DNA of 57,571 bases from an uncultured Bacilli bacterium (GTDB lineage: Bacteria; Bacillota_I; Bacilli_A; RF39; UBA660), in NCBI GenBank assembly GCA_910587745.1, contig CAJUNE010000003.1:1-57571 (forward strand). The letters are read 5' to 3'. Position numbers and translations under genes: made by a program. The notes beneath the pieces were generated by a model. That model was not told the origin of the DNA and searched no databases. It saw nothing but the letters and a program-made list of their open reading frames with translations. Shown piece by piece: positions 21,040 through 30,160 of the stretch (the first letter of the stretch is position 1; each line of letters opens with the position of its first letter).

Positions 21040-21981
21040 ATGCTTAAAAAAAGCGCATTAAGAAGAATACTAACTGCTACTCTAGCTTTAATAATTGCAA
21101 GTATTTTATATTTTTTTCCTAACAATAACACTTTATACAATATCAAACAAAACACTAATTATATAGATATTAATAAAACTCCTATATATTTATTAAATAA
21201 AGAAAATTATCTTATCAGAACCTCTATAGTATCTAGCGATAAAGATGAAATAAATCAAATCAAATATCTCATTTCAAGTTTAACCATCGATAGTGAAAAC
21301 AATGAAAATTTGCCTAAAAATTTTAATCCTATAATTCCTAAAAACACTAAAATTTTATCTTTATCATTAGAAAACAACCTATTAAAAATTAATTTTTCTA
21401 AAGAATTTCTAAATGTTAACAAGGATCAAGAAGAAAAGCTTATTGAAAGTATAATTTACACATTAACTGAAAATAAGAATATCAAAGAGATAATGATTTT
21501 TATTGAAGAAAAAAAACTAGAATACTTACCACAAACAAATATAAAACTGCCAAACACATTAACAAGAGATTTTGGTATAAATAAAATATATGATTTAACA
21601 AATATTAAAAATATATCTAAAACAACAATTTATTATATTGGAAAAGAAGAAGATTTAGTATATTATATCCCTGTTACTAAAATAGATAATAATCAAAATA
21701 ATAAAATTGAAATAATTATTGAAGAATTAAAAAGTTCCCCCACTTATGAAACAAATCTTTTAAGTTATTTAGCATCTTCAGTAAAACTATTAAATTATGA
21801 AACTTTAGAAAACACTATTAACTTAACTTTCAACAATGAAATATTCTCTGATTTTAATAATAACAATATATTAGAAGAAGTAAAATACTCTATTTCATTA
21901 TCTTTAAAAGATTCACTACATGTAGAAGAAGTAAACTTCTTAGTTGATGGAAAAGTTATTAGTACATTTAAAGGAAATTAA
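21040..21981 (+). CDS. GerM-like sporulation/germination protein (two GerMN-like repeats), membrane anchored
   Basis: An N-terminal signal anchor, then two repeats each containing a tL.lnFskef-type segment (LLKINFSKEFLN; INLTFNNEIFSD). The call also rests on its context with gerE and spoIIIAH. Confidence 0.45.
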   Translation: MLKKSALRRILTATLALIIASILYFFPNNNTLYNIKQNTNYIDINKTPIYLLNKENYLIRTSIVSSDKDEINQIKYLISSLTIDSENNENLPKNFNPIIPKNTKILSLSLENNLLKINFSKEFLNVNKDQEEKLIESIIYTLTENKNIKEIMIFIEEKKLEYLPQTNIKLPNTLTRDFGINKIYDLTNIKNISKTTIYYIGKEEDLVYYIPVTKIDNNQNNKIEIIIEELKSSPTYETNLLSYLASSVKLLNYETLENTINLTFNNEIFSDFNNNNILEEVKYSISLSLKDSLHVEEVNFLVDGKVISTFKGN

Positions 21982-22004
21982 AACAAGCATTATTTTGCTT
22001 GTTT
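21981..22004 (+). terminator. Hairpin terminator after the gerM-like gene (overlaps the 3' end of the convergent small ORF)
   Basis: AAACAAGCA-ttattt-TGCTTGTTT followed by a T-rich tract. Confidence 0.6.
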
Positions 22005-22142
22005 ATCTTTTTTAGCTTTTTTATTTTTAATAATAGCGCCTATTCCAATTAAAGTTGCAGCGCCAGCTATTACAGCACCTATAGCAAATTTCTTTTTCTT
22101 ACTATTATTACACTTTCCAGTATTGCATTCTTCTTTTTTCAT
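21990..22142 (-). CDS. Unannotated 50-aa small membrane protein
   Basis: My translation is MKKEECNTGKCNNSKKKKFAIGAVIAGAATLIGIGAIIKNKKAKKDKQAK. A GAGGAGG SD lies 6 nt before the ATG, and a promoter TAGACT-17 nt-TGA-TATAAT sits at 22169-22197. Confidence 0.6.
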   Translation of the reverse strand: MKKEECNTGKCNNSKKKKFAIGAVIAGAATLIGIGAIIKNKKAKKDKQAK

Positions 22143-22168
22143 AATTAGCCTCCTCTATTATATAAATT

Positions 22169-22197
22169 ATTATATCATTATCTAATAATAAAGTCTA
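22169..22197 (-). promoter_or_regulatory. Sigma-A type promoter with extended -10 for the 50-aa ORF
   Basis: The minus strand reads TAGACT (22197-22192), a 17-nt spacer ending in TGA, then TATAAT (22174-22169). Confidence 0.55.
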
Positions 22198-22239
22198 TTT
22201 CTATAATAAGGCTTTACATATTTATTTTAAAAAAGAAAA

Positions 22240-22256
22240 AAGTCTTAAAAGACTTT
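22240..22256 (-). terminator. Terminator downstream of tRNA-Arg
   Basis: AGTCT-taaa-AGACT hairpin followed on the minus strand by TTTTTTCTTTTTT. Confidence 0.5.
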
Positions 22257-22266
22257 ATAACTAAAA

Positions 22267-22343
22267 TGGTGACTCCGGCGTGATTCGAACACGCGACCGA
22301 TCGCTTAGAAGGCGATTGCTCTATCCAGCTGAGCTACGGAGTC
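22267..22343 (-). tRNA. tRNA-Arg (anticodon UCU)
   Basis: The reverse complement is GACTCCGTAGCTCAGCTGGATAGAGCAATCGC-CTTCTAA-GCGAT...GTGTTCGAATCACGCCGGAGTCACCA. Confidence 0.9.
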
Positions 22344-22399
22344 ATATCAACCAGCTGTCATTAATTATAACCTATTTTATAATTTTTTTCAAGTAGAAA

Positions 22400-22855
22400 T
22401 TACCTACTTTTTCCAATATCAGGCTCACTTATAGTATGTACGCATTCTCTTTCTTTTATAAGTTTAATATCAATAACTTTCATTCTTATTTCGTTTTCTA
22501 AGATTTTTAACTTTTTTAACATTTTTTCTTCAATTTTTCTACTTACTATTAAACTATATTTTTTAATAAGGATGCTTCTAAGTCTTGCTATTTCATCTAA
22601 AGAGATCATAAAATTACCCTCACTACTATCACTATCTTCATTTTGTAAAGTTGCAATATAATATTCTAAAATCTTCTTATAGCGACGATTAAAGTTAGTC
22701 AATATTAATTGATCAATAATATGAGGATCCAAAATAATTATTTCTTTTACACCTAAATTAGAAGATTTTAAAACATATTTAAATCCTCCATCTAAAGAAA
22801 TAACATCTGACAATTTTAATTTTTTCTTTATTTCATGAATAACAAAGCTTTTCAT
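22400..22855 (-). CDS. Hypothetical protein (151 aa) downstream of trmD
   Basis: ORF 9 nt after the trmD stop. No motif recognised. It occupies the position where rplS lies in many Bacillota. Confidence 0.5.
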   Translation of the reverse strand: MKSFVIHEIKKKLKLSDVISLDGGFKYVLKSSNLGVKEIIILDPHIIDQLILTNFNRRYKKILEYYIATLQNEDSDSSEGNFMISLDEIARLRSILIKKYSLIVSRKIEEKMLKKLKILENEIRMKVIDIKLIKERECVHTISEPDIGKSR

Positions 22856-22863
22856 AATTTCAC

Positions 22864-23529
22864 CTACTTTAATAAATCTGGTCTTTTTTCTTTTGTAATT
22901 CTAAGTTTTTCACTAGTTCGATATTCCTTTATTTTCTTATGATCTCCGCTTAATAATACATCAGGCACTAAATATCCCCTAAAATCTCTAGGTTTAGTAT
23001 AGTTAGGATAGTCTAAAAGATTATCATTAAAAGAGTCATTAGTAAATGAATCCTCTAAAATAACCCCAGGTATAAATCGAGATATAGTATCCATTATCAC
23101 CAAAGAAGGAAGTTCTCCCCCAGTTAAAACATAATCTCCAATACTTATTTCTCCATCTACAAAATTATAAATTCTCTCATCAAAGCCTTCATAATGCCCA
23201 CATACTAAAATTACATGTTTAGTGTCATTTATTATGGAACTTGCCAACTGGTTATTAAATTTTTTTCCTTGAGGAGTCAAAAGATAAACTTTCGAGCTGT
23301 CAGTTCTAACTGATTCTATCGCTCTTACAACCGGCTCACACATTAAAACCATCCCTGCTCCACCACCATAAGGAGTATCATCAACTTGTCCATTTTTATA
23401 AGGAGTAAAATCTCTAATATTAACCACATTAACATCTAATATATTCTTTTCTATAGCTCTTTTAATGATGCTTTCTTTAATATAAGCATTAATAATATCG
23501 GGAAAAAGAGTTAAAATATCAAATCTCAT
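22864..23529 (-). CDS. trmD: tRNA (guanine37-N1)-methyltransferase
   Basis: MRFDILTLFPD..., YGGGAGMVL and GHYEGFDERI motifs. Confidence 0.95.
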   Translation of the reverse strand: MRFDILTLFPDIINAYIKESIIKRAIEKNILDVNVVNIRDFTPYKNGQVDDTPYGGGAGMVLMCEPVVRAIESVRTDSSKVYLLTPQGKKFNNQLASSIINDTKHVILVCGHYEGFDERIYNFVDGEISIGDYVLTGGELPSLVIMDTISRFIPGVILEDSFTNDSFNDNLLDYPNYTKPRDFRGYLVPDVLLSGDHKKIKEYRTSEKLRITKEKRPDLLK

Positions 23530-24014
23530 AAAATCAAATCCTTAACACTATCAACTTCTATTGATTTATTTTTCAAATCAACACTTTTTATATATCTTTT
23601 ATTATAAGGTATATAATAATTTTTATCAAATAAAATTTTTAATAATGTATTTCCATTATTATCGAAGATATCTTCAACTATTCCATATTCTTCATTATTA
23701 GATACTATTTTCATACCAAGCAAATCGTCTAAAACATAATCATTTTCTATATCTAAATCACTTCTAAGTGCATAAATCTTTTGACCTTTATATTTTAAAA
23801 CCTCATTTATATCATAAATACCTTTTAATGTTATCATATCATAATTTTTATGTTTTCTATAACTATTTATAATTTCTTTTTGCTTTTCATTTCCAATATA
23901 TACAGGTTTATCTATAACAAATATTTTTTCTTTTTTATCAAAATTGCTAATTATTCTAATTTCGCCTTTAATACCATGAGTCCCCACTATTTTTCCAATA
24001 TAAACAAAATCCAT
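23526..24014 (-). CDS. rimM: 16S rRNA processing protein RimM
   Basis: IGKIVGTHGIKGEIRI N-terminus plus a PRC barrel. It overlaps trmD by ATGA. Confidence 0.9.
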   Translation of the reverse strand: MDFVYIGKIVGTHGIKGEIRIISNFDKKEKIFVIDKPVYIGNEKQKEIINSYRKHKNYDMITLKGIYDINEVLKYKGQKIYALRSDLDIENDYVLDDLLGMKIVSNNEEYGIVEDIFDNNGNTLLKILFDKNYYIPYNKRYIKSVDLKNKSIEVDSVKDLIL

Positions 24015-24038
24015 TAACGTTTTCTCCTACGACTATAG

Positions 24039-24329
24039 TTAATCCCTGCATTTTAATTCTTCACCTGGCAACACTACCACATTTGTACCCAAAAAACCTT
24101 TTTTTCGTTCTACTGCATGCTTTAACAACATTGTAAAATTACCAATTTCTAAAGGCAAAAACACTCTTTGTCTCATTCCATGATAAATAATATAATAAGA
24201 TAATAAAACAGATCTTTTTTTCTCGTCATTATTTAATATAACATCCTCAAACTCTGAATCATAAAAATTCTCTAAAAAATCTTTTAAACAAGAGACTACT
24301 TCTTCTTTACTTAAATTTAATCTTTCCAT
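24039..24329 (-). CDS. Hypothetical protein (96 aa) upstream of rimM
   Basis: ORF in an operon position. No motif recognised. Confidence 0.45.
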   Translation of the reverse strand: MERLNLSKEEVVSCLKDFLENFYDSEFEDVILNNDEKKRSVLLSYYIIYHGMRQRVFLPLEIGNFTMLLKHAVERKKGFLGTNVVVLPGEELKCRD

Positions 24330-24339
24330 AAAATCCCAC

Positions 24340-25062
24340 CTAATTCATTTCATAAAATATTATACTAGCGGCTATACCTGCATTTAAAGATTCACAAGTA
24401 CTAGATATTGGTATATATATTAAGCTATCACACTTATCTTGTAAAGCTTTTTTTACACCATTGCCTTCATTTCCTATAATAACAGCCCCTTTATTTCCAA
24501 ATGAAGTTTCTTTTAAATCTAAACCATTTTCCACATTAGTTCCATATATTTTATAATCTTTATTTTTCAAAGAATCAATAGCATCTTCTAAATTCTGTTT
24601 TATAACATTAATATGAAAAAGCATACCCTCACTTGATCTAATCGTTTTATCATTATATAAATCAACGGTATCAGGGCTAACAATAATTGTATCAATATTA
24701 AAAGCAACTGCACTTCTAATAATTGTTCCTAGATTTCCTGGATCCTGAATATTATCAAGTAAACAAACATTACCAATTATTTCTCTTTCTCTCAATTTCT
24801 CACAAACACATATAACATTAGTTCCACTAACTTGATTAGACATTTTTTTCATAATACTATCATTAACTTCATAAAAAGGAATTCCTTCAAAATCAAATAA
24901 TTTATCTGTTGAAATAATTTCTCTCACAACACCTTTTATCATAGCTTCATTAAGTAAATGATCCCCTTCAATTAAAAATAAATTATTTAAATCACGATAT
25001 TTCTTTTCTTTTAATTTAATCCATTCTTTTACTTTAGAATTTTGCAATGATTCAATTTTCAT
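24340..25062 (-). CDS. TrmH/SpoU-family RNA 2'-O-methyltransferase
   Basis: DPGNLGTIIRSA, IGNEGNGV and IPISSTCESLNAGIAASIIFYE motifs. Confidence 0.85.
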   Translation of the reverse strand: MKIESLQNSKVKEWIKLKEKKYRDLNNLFLIEGDHLLNEAMIKGVVREIISTDKLFDFEGIPFYEVNDSIMKKMSNQVSGTNVICVCEKLREREIIGNVCLLDNIQDPGNLGTIIRSAVAFNIDTIIVSPDTVDLYNDKTIRSSEGMLFHINVIKQNLEDAIDSLKNKDYKIYGTNVENGLDLKETSFGNKGAVIIGNEGNGVKKALQDKCDSLIYIPISSTCESLNAGIAASIIFYEMN

Positions 25063-25691
25063 TAGTCTCTTAATTCCTTTCTTGCATTTTTATAATTAGG
25101 ATAATAATATTCTACCATATTCCAAAAGTTTTTGCTATGATCATGATGATAAAAATGACACATTTCATGCACGATAACATATCTAATTTCATCTCTTGAA
25201 TATCTTATTAATTCCGTATTTAAAGTTATAGTGCATAATTTATAATTGCACACACCCCATCTAGTTTTCATTTTTCTAAACTTTAAAGTAAATTCAGGCG
25301 TATCAATAATATTCTTCATTTTATTTACTTCATCAACAAATATTTCTTTTATTTTTAATTTTAAAAATTTATTTATCATTTCTTCATTTCTAGCTATAAT
25401 TTTACCATCATTAAATTCTACTTCATTTGCCATATCATCATAAATCAATTCATATGAATTACCTAAATATCTAAATTCATTAGCTCTTTCTCTTTTCTTT
25501 TCTACTTTATTCAACATTTTTTCTAAAGAATTACAATTTTTCTCAATTAATTTTAATATTTCTTTATTAGTTATCCATTTATTAGCATTTACACATAAAT
25601 TTCCTGAATCATCAAAACGAAAATAAATATTTTTTATTTTTTTATGATTTACTATTACATTGATTTGTTTCCCACCTAATATTACTTCCAT
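25062..25691 (-). CDS. M48/YgjP-like zinc metallopeptidase (DUF45)
   Basis: RWGVC...IRYVIVHEMCHFYHHDHSKNFW carries an HExxH motif. Confidence 0.7.
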   Translation of the reverse strand: MEVILGGKQINVIVNHKKIKNIYFRFDDSGNLCVNANKWITNKEILKLIEKNCNSLEKMLNKVEKKRERANEFRYLGNSYELIYDDMANEVEFNDGKIIARNEEMINKFLKLKIKEIFVDEVNKMKNIIDTPEFTLKFRKMKTRWGVCNYKLCTITLNTELIRYSRDEIRYVIVHEMCHFYHHDHSKNFWNMVEYYYPNYKNARKELRD

Positions 25692-25740
25692 TTTTTTCAC
25701 CTATTTAAATTATACCTTAATAAAGAAAAAAAGAAAACTT

Positions 25741-27030
25741 TTAGTTTTTCTTTGGTAAAATTTTTTCTAATCCTCCCATGTAAGGTCTTAGAGCTTCTGG
25801 TATCAAAACACTACCATCTTCTTGATAATTGTTCTCTAAGAAAGCTATTAAACCACGAGGTGTTGCCAAAACTGTATTGTTTAAAGTTGTAACGTAGTAA
25901 TTTCCTTTTTCACCTTTAGCTCTAATACCTAAACGTCTAGCTTGCGCTTCACCAAGTATAGAGCAAGAACCGACTTCAAAATATTTTTGTTGACGAGGAC
26001 TCCAAGCTTCAACATCACAAGATTTAACTTTTAAATCCGCAAGATCTCCACTACAACATTCTAAAGTACGAACAGGTATATCTAAACTTCTAAAAAATTC
26101 CACAGTAAATTGCCACATTTTATTATACCAATCCATTCCCTCTTCTGACTTACATAATACAACCATTTCTTGTTTTTCAAATTGATGAACTCTATATAGC
26201 CCACGTTCTTCTAAGCCATGTGCTCCAACTTCTTTTCTAAAACAAGGAGAATATGAAGTTAAAGTTATAGGAAGTTCTGTTTCCTTAACAATTTGATCTT
26301 TAAATTTACCTATCATAGAATGCTCACTAGTACCAATTAAGAATAAATCTTCTCCTTCAATTTTATACATCATCGCATCCATTTCTGCAAAAGACATAAC
26401 TCCTGTTACAACATCACTTCTAATCATAAAAGGCGGTACACAATAAATAAAACCTTTATTAATCATAAAATCTCTTGCATAGCTAAGCATTGCACTATGA
26501 AGTCTGGCAATATCACCCATTAAATAATAAAAACCATTACCACTAGTTCTACCAGCACTTTCTTTATCTAAACCATTTAATTTTTCACATATTTCAGCAT
26601 GATAAGGAATTTCATAATTTGGTACTATAGGATCTCCAAACTTTTCTATTTCTACATTTTCATTATCGTCTTTACCAATAGGCACACTATCGTCAATAAT
26701 TTGTGGAATAACCATCATTTTCTTCTTTATTTCTTCACTTAAAGTTTCTTCTAAAACTTCTAGTTCTGCAATTTTAGTATCCATATTAGCTATTTCTACT
26801 TTAAGAGCATTTGCTTCTTCAATTTTTTTATCGCGCATTAAAGAACCAATTTCATTACTTTTTTTATTTTTATCAGCTCTAATATTATCCGCTTCAGCTT
26901 TTGCTTCTCTAAATTTTATATCAAGATCATAAACTTCATCTACTAAAGAAAGTTTATCATCTTGAAATTTCTTTTTAATATTTTCCTTTACTAATTCTTT
27001 GTTTTCTCTAATTAATTTAATATCTATCAT
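25741..27030 (-). CDS. serS: Seryl-tRNA synthetase
   Basis: An N-terminal coiled-coil arm (MIDIKLIRENKELV...) and class II motifs (FRKEVGAHG..., GSCSILGEAQARR). Confidence 0.95.
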   Translation of the reverse strand: MIDIKLIRENKELVKENIKKKFQDDKLSLVDEVYDLDIKFREAKAEADNIRADKNKKSNEIGSLMRDKKIEEANALKVEIANMDTKIAELEVLEETLSEEIKKKMMVIPQIIDDSVPIGKDDNENVEIEKFGDPIVPNYEIPYHAEICEKLNGLDKESAGRTSGNGFYYLMGDIARLHSAMLSYARDFMINKGFIYCVPPFMIRSDVVTGVMSFAEMDAMMYKIEGEDLFLIGTSEHSMIGKFKDQIVKETELPITLTSYSPCFRKEVGAHGLEERGLYRVHQFEKQEMVVLCKSEEGMDWYNKMWQFTVEFFRSLDIPVRTLECCSGDLADLKVKSCDVEAWSPRQQKYFEVGSCSILGEAQARRLGIRAKGEKGNYYVTTLNNTVLATPRGLIAFLENNYQEDGSVLIPEALRPYMGGLEKILPKKN

Positions 27031-27521
27031 TTTAAAATCCTTCTTTCTAAATCTTCAATTAATTTTATATAAGCTTTAATATACTTATTTCTAATTCTGT
27101 CAAAATTAGTTTTATCTAATTCTTCAAATCTATTCAAATTCATATTATCCAGTAAATCAGCTATTTTTACTTTTTTAGCAAGTATATTATTACTTTTAAT
27201 TAATCTATCAATATATTTATCATAATCTCCTAAGTCGTTAGTTAAAAGCTGTAATGTCGAAATTATATCTTTGCTAAAACCCAAAGCAATTAAATCATCA
27301 AAAGTAAAACTTGTATCTTCAATAATATCATGAAGTAAAGCCACACACTTACCTTTATCATCCTTAAAACTTTCCGAGACATTATTTAAATGTCTTATAT
27401 AAGGATCTCCAGCCTTATCTTTTTTATCCTTAAAAACTATTAAAGTTAGCATATTAGCTTTTGCTAACTCATCTAATCCTTGTAAATGAATAATTTTAGC
27501 TACATTTAGATAACTATCCAT
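27027..27521 (-). CDS. HD-domain protein resembling the RelA/SpoT (p)ppGpp hydrolase domain (small alarmone hydrolase-like)
   Basis: IRHLNNVSE...ALLHDIIEDTSFTFDDLIALGF matches the HD...HDxxED hydrolase signature. It is 164 aa and overlaps the serS start by ATGA. Confidence 0.6.
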   Translation of the reverse strand: MDSYLNVAKIIHLQGLDELAKANMLTLIVFKDKKDKAGDPYIRHLNNVSESFKDDKGKCVALLHDIIEDTSFTFDDLIALGFSKDIISTLQLLTNDLGDYDKYIDRLIKSNNILAKKVKIADLLDNMNLNRFEELDKTNFDRIRNKYIKAYIKLIEDLERRILK

Positions 27522-27533
27522 ATAATTCCTCCT

Positions 27534-27735
27534 AAAAATAAAACCACAAAACTTGCAAGGAGCAAATTCTGCGGTACCATCCTTTATATTACTCTAATTC
27601 TTAACGCGAATGAAACGGGAATAATTAGTTCCACTAAAGAGTAGATTTCTTATATATTTTTAGTTTATTTTCACCAACCATAAACTCTCTGCAAAAAAAT
27701 TATATAATACTTATCTCTTTTAAGCTTTGCTCTTA
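27534..27735 (-). promoter_or_regulatory. T-box riboswitch leader, probable Ser (UCU) specifier, with terminator/antiterminator
   Basis: The minus strand has a GA/AG-rich Stem I region (AGAGATAAGTA, GCAGAGAG...GGTTGGTGAAA), a candidate specifier GAAA-TCT-A (27645-27643), and the T-box sequence AGGATGGTACCGCAG. A 13-bp terminator stem CCGCAGAATTTGC/GCAAGTTTTGTGG (27544-27574) is followed by TTTTATTTTT. A promoter TTGTTT-17-TGA-TATATT lies upstream. Confidence 0.8.
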
Positions 27736-27870
27736 TAATATATCACAATTTAATTATTTAAACAAGTATTTTATATTCCATTTATTTAAGATAGTTAAAG
27801 TATATTATATTTTTCGTAATGATTGAGCCTTTAATATTTTTGTACTTTTAAAATAAATAAAAAGAGAAAA

Positions 27871-28296
27871 CTACTTCATACTTTCTAAAATAGCTTTCTC
27901 TATGCCTCTAAATGGTAGAGTTGCACACGTTTTTCTATTCCCTTGTTTATATATATCATTATATACTATAGCTTCATTTAAAACTTCAGCATTAAAATCA
28001 TTTCCATCAGTCATATTATAAAATTCTTTTATATATTTTAGCGCTTCATTTTTGGTTTTGCCTATTAAATTATTAATCATAATTGAAGTAGCTGATATAG
28101 ATATCGCACAAGCTTCTCCTTCAAATGTAATATCTTCGATTCTATCATCTTTAAATTTCACATAAATATCTATATTATCTATGCAAGAAGAATTAGCTGT
28201 GTTTGTTTTTTTATAAGATTCTTCATCACTTCTTTTTCTATTTGTTGGGTGCATATAGTTTTCCATAATAATTTCTCTTTTTGTTTCTTGATCCAT
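27871..28296 (-). CDS. sufU: Fe-S cluster assembly sulfur-transfer protein SufU
   Basis: Three conserved Cys contexts (SSCIDNI, EGEACAISISATS, RKTCATLPF). It directly abuts sufS. Confidence 0.85.
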   Translation of the reverse strand: MDQETKREIIMENYMHPTNRKRSDEESYKKTNTANSSCIDNIDIYVKFKDDRIEDITFEGEACAISISATSIMINNLIGKTKNEALKYIKEFYNMTDGNDFNAEVLNEAIVYNDIYKQGNRKTCATLPFRGIEKAILESMK

Positions 28297-29502
28297 TTAT
28301 ATCATCTCTTTTACTATTTTATCATAATCACTTAAAAGTTCTACTAAATTGTCTATTTCCTCAAATGTATTATAAAAATACAAACTAACTCTAACCGTAT
28401 TTGTAACACCTACACTAGATTTCAATATTTTAGCACAATGATTACCTGCTCTAACACAAATATTATATTTATTTAAATAGTAAGCAACATCCTGACTAAA
28501 TACTTTATCTACATTAAAAGCTACAATTCCACTATCACTTTCAATATTTATAACATCAATATACGGAATATGAATTAATTTATCTATTAAATATTTTCTT
28601 AAAGAATGTTCTTGCTCGCCAATTTTATCATAACCAATATTTTCAATATATTTAATAGCCTCCGCGAGACCTATAACACCAGCTATATTTTGAGTACCAG
28701 CTTCCAATCTTGTTGGTAAAGGCTTATAATAAGTTTCATCGGGACTATCAAAAGATTCATTCATTCCGCCACCTAAATTTATAGGCTCTAAATGTCCCAA
28801 CAACTCTTTTTTACCATATAAAACCCCAACCCCTGTTGGTCCACACATCTTATGAGCCGAAAAAGCTAAAAAGTCTATGTCCAAATCTTGAACATCCGTT
28901 TTCATATGAGGGACCATTTGAGCCCCATCTAAAACAACAAAGATATTATTAACGTGTGCATACTTTGTAATCTCTTTTATAGGTCTTGCATCTCCTATAA
29001 CATTTGTAACTCCGGCTATAGATATTACTTTGGTTCTAGAAGTTATAGCTTTTTTAACATTATCCATTGTTACATAATAATTATCATCAAGTGGAATATA
29101 ATTTACAACAATACCTATTTTTTTCACTAAATTAAACCAAGGCAAAACATTAGATGCATGCTCGCTTGTTGTAATTAGCACTTCATCTCCAGCCTCTAAA
29201 AGATTTTCAAAGAATCCTTTAACAATCCAATTTAAACCTTCTGTAGCACCAGAAGTAAATACTATTTCTTCTAAAGATTTAGCATTAATAAAATTCTTAA
29301 CTATTTCTCTAGTATTTTCATAAGCTTGATCTACTTTAAATGATAAATCATAATCTCCTCTATGAGCATTAGCAGAATAATTCGTATAATAATCGTTCAT
29401 TGCCTCAATAACACTTTTAGGTTTTAAACTAGTCGCACTATTATCAAGATAAATAATATCTTGCGTTAATAATGGAAAATCTTCTCTATTCAAGTATATC
29501 AC
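28297..29502 (-). CDS. sufS: Cysteine desulfurase SufS
   Basis: SAHKMCGPTGVGVLYG (PLP Lys) and RAGNHCA (active-site Cys). Confidence 0.95.
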   Translation of the reverse strand: MIYLNREDFPLLTQDIIYLDNSATSLKPKSVIEAMNDYYTNYSANAHRGDYDLSFKVDQAYENTREIVKNFINAKSLEEIVFTSGATEGLNWIVKGFFENLLEAGDEVLITTSEHASNVLPWFNLVKKIGIVVNYIPLDDNYYVTMDNVKKAITSRTKVISIAGVTNVIGDARPIKEITKYAHVNNIFVVLDGAQMVPHMKTDVQDLDIDFLAFSAHKMCGPTGVGVLYGKKELLGHLEPINLGGGMNESFDSPDETYYKPLPTRLEAGTQNIAGVIGLAEAIKYIENIGYDKIGEQEHSLRKYLIDKLIHIPYIDVINIESDSGIVAFNVDKVFSQDVAYYLNKYNICVRAGNHCAKILKSSVGVTNTVRVSLYFYNTFEEIDNLVELLSDYDKIVKEMI

Positions 29503-30160
29503 CTCCTAAATTTAAAAATTCTAATTCTATATTTTTCATATTATGTTTTAAGAAACTATTCGTAAGCATCTTCTGAGCATTATCTTTATCAAGACCCAAA
29601 CTTTCTAAATAAAATAATTCCTCTTTATTAAAACTACCAATTGTAACCAAATGATTAGCACTAACTTCATTAGTATCTATTTTCATAACTGGACTAATTT
29701 TAATTGTATCATTTTCATTTTTAATAAGACCTTTTAAATTCTCAATAAGCTCATTATCTTTAGTATCCTTTTTTACATAGCCATTACATATTATATCAAG
29801 ATTACTATCATTATCTATATTCATACCTCTAATATCTAATATTGCTTTGCTACTATTCCCTAACATATTTATATTGACTGTAACTTTGTTTTTATTATTA
29901 TTTAAGATAAGCATATTTAAATTTAATTTAACATTATTTAAAAGTGAAAAGCTGATATTATAATCACATCCACTTTTTTTGATAAGATATAAATCCAAAT
30001 TGCTATTATCTTCTAATTCTATATTAAATTCTTTATTAATATTGTTAATATCATGTAATATAACATTTCCTTCTATATTTATAACTACATTTTTATTTAA
30101 TTCTAAGTTGTACTCACCAGAAGTTATTTTTTTATCCTCTACCACTAATAGTTTATTCAT
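29486..30160 (-). CDS. sufD: SufD-like Fe-S assembly protein, unusually short (~224 aa)
   Basis: The C-terminal SANHLVTIGSFNKEELFYLESLGLDKDNAQKML matches the SufB/SufD signature. The ATG at 30160 overlaps the sufC stop (ATGAATAA). Confidence 0.7.
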   Translation of the reverse strand: MNKLLVVEDKKITSGEYNLELNKNVVINIEGNVILHDINNINKEFNIELEDNSNLDLYLIKKSGCDYNISFSLLNNVKLNLNMLILNNNKNKVTVNINMLGNSSKAILDIRGMNIDNDSNLDIICNGYVKKDTKDNELIENLKGLIKNENDTIKISPVMKIDTNEVSANHLVTIGSFNKEELFYLESLGLDKDNAQKMLTNSFLKHNMKNIELEFLNLGGDILE

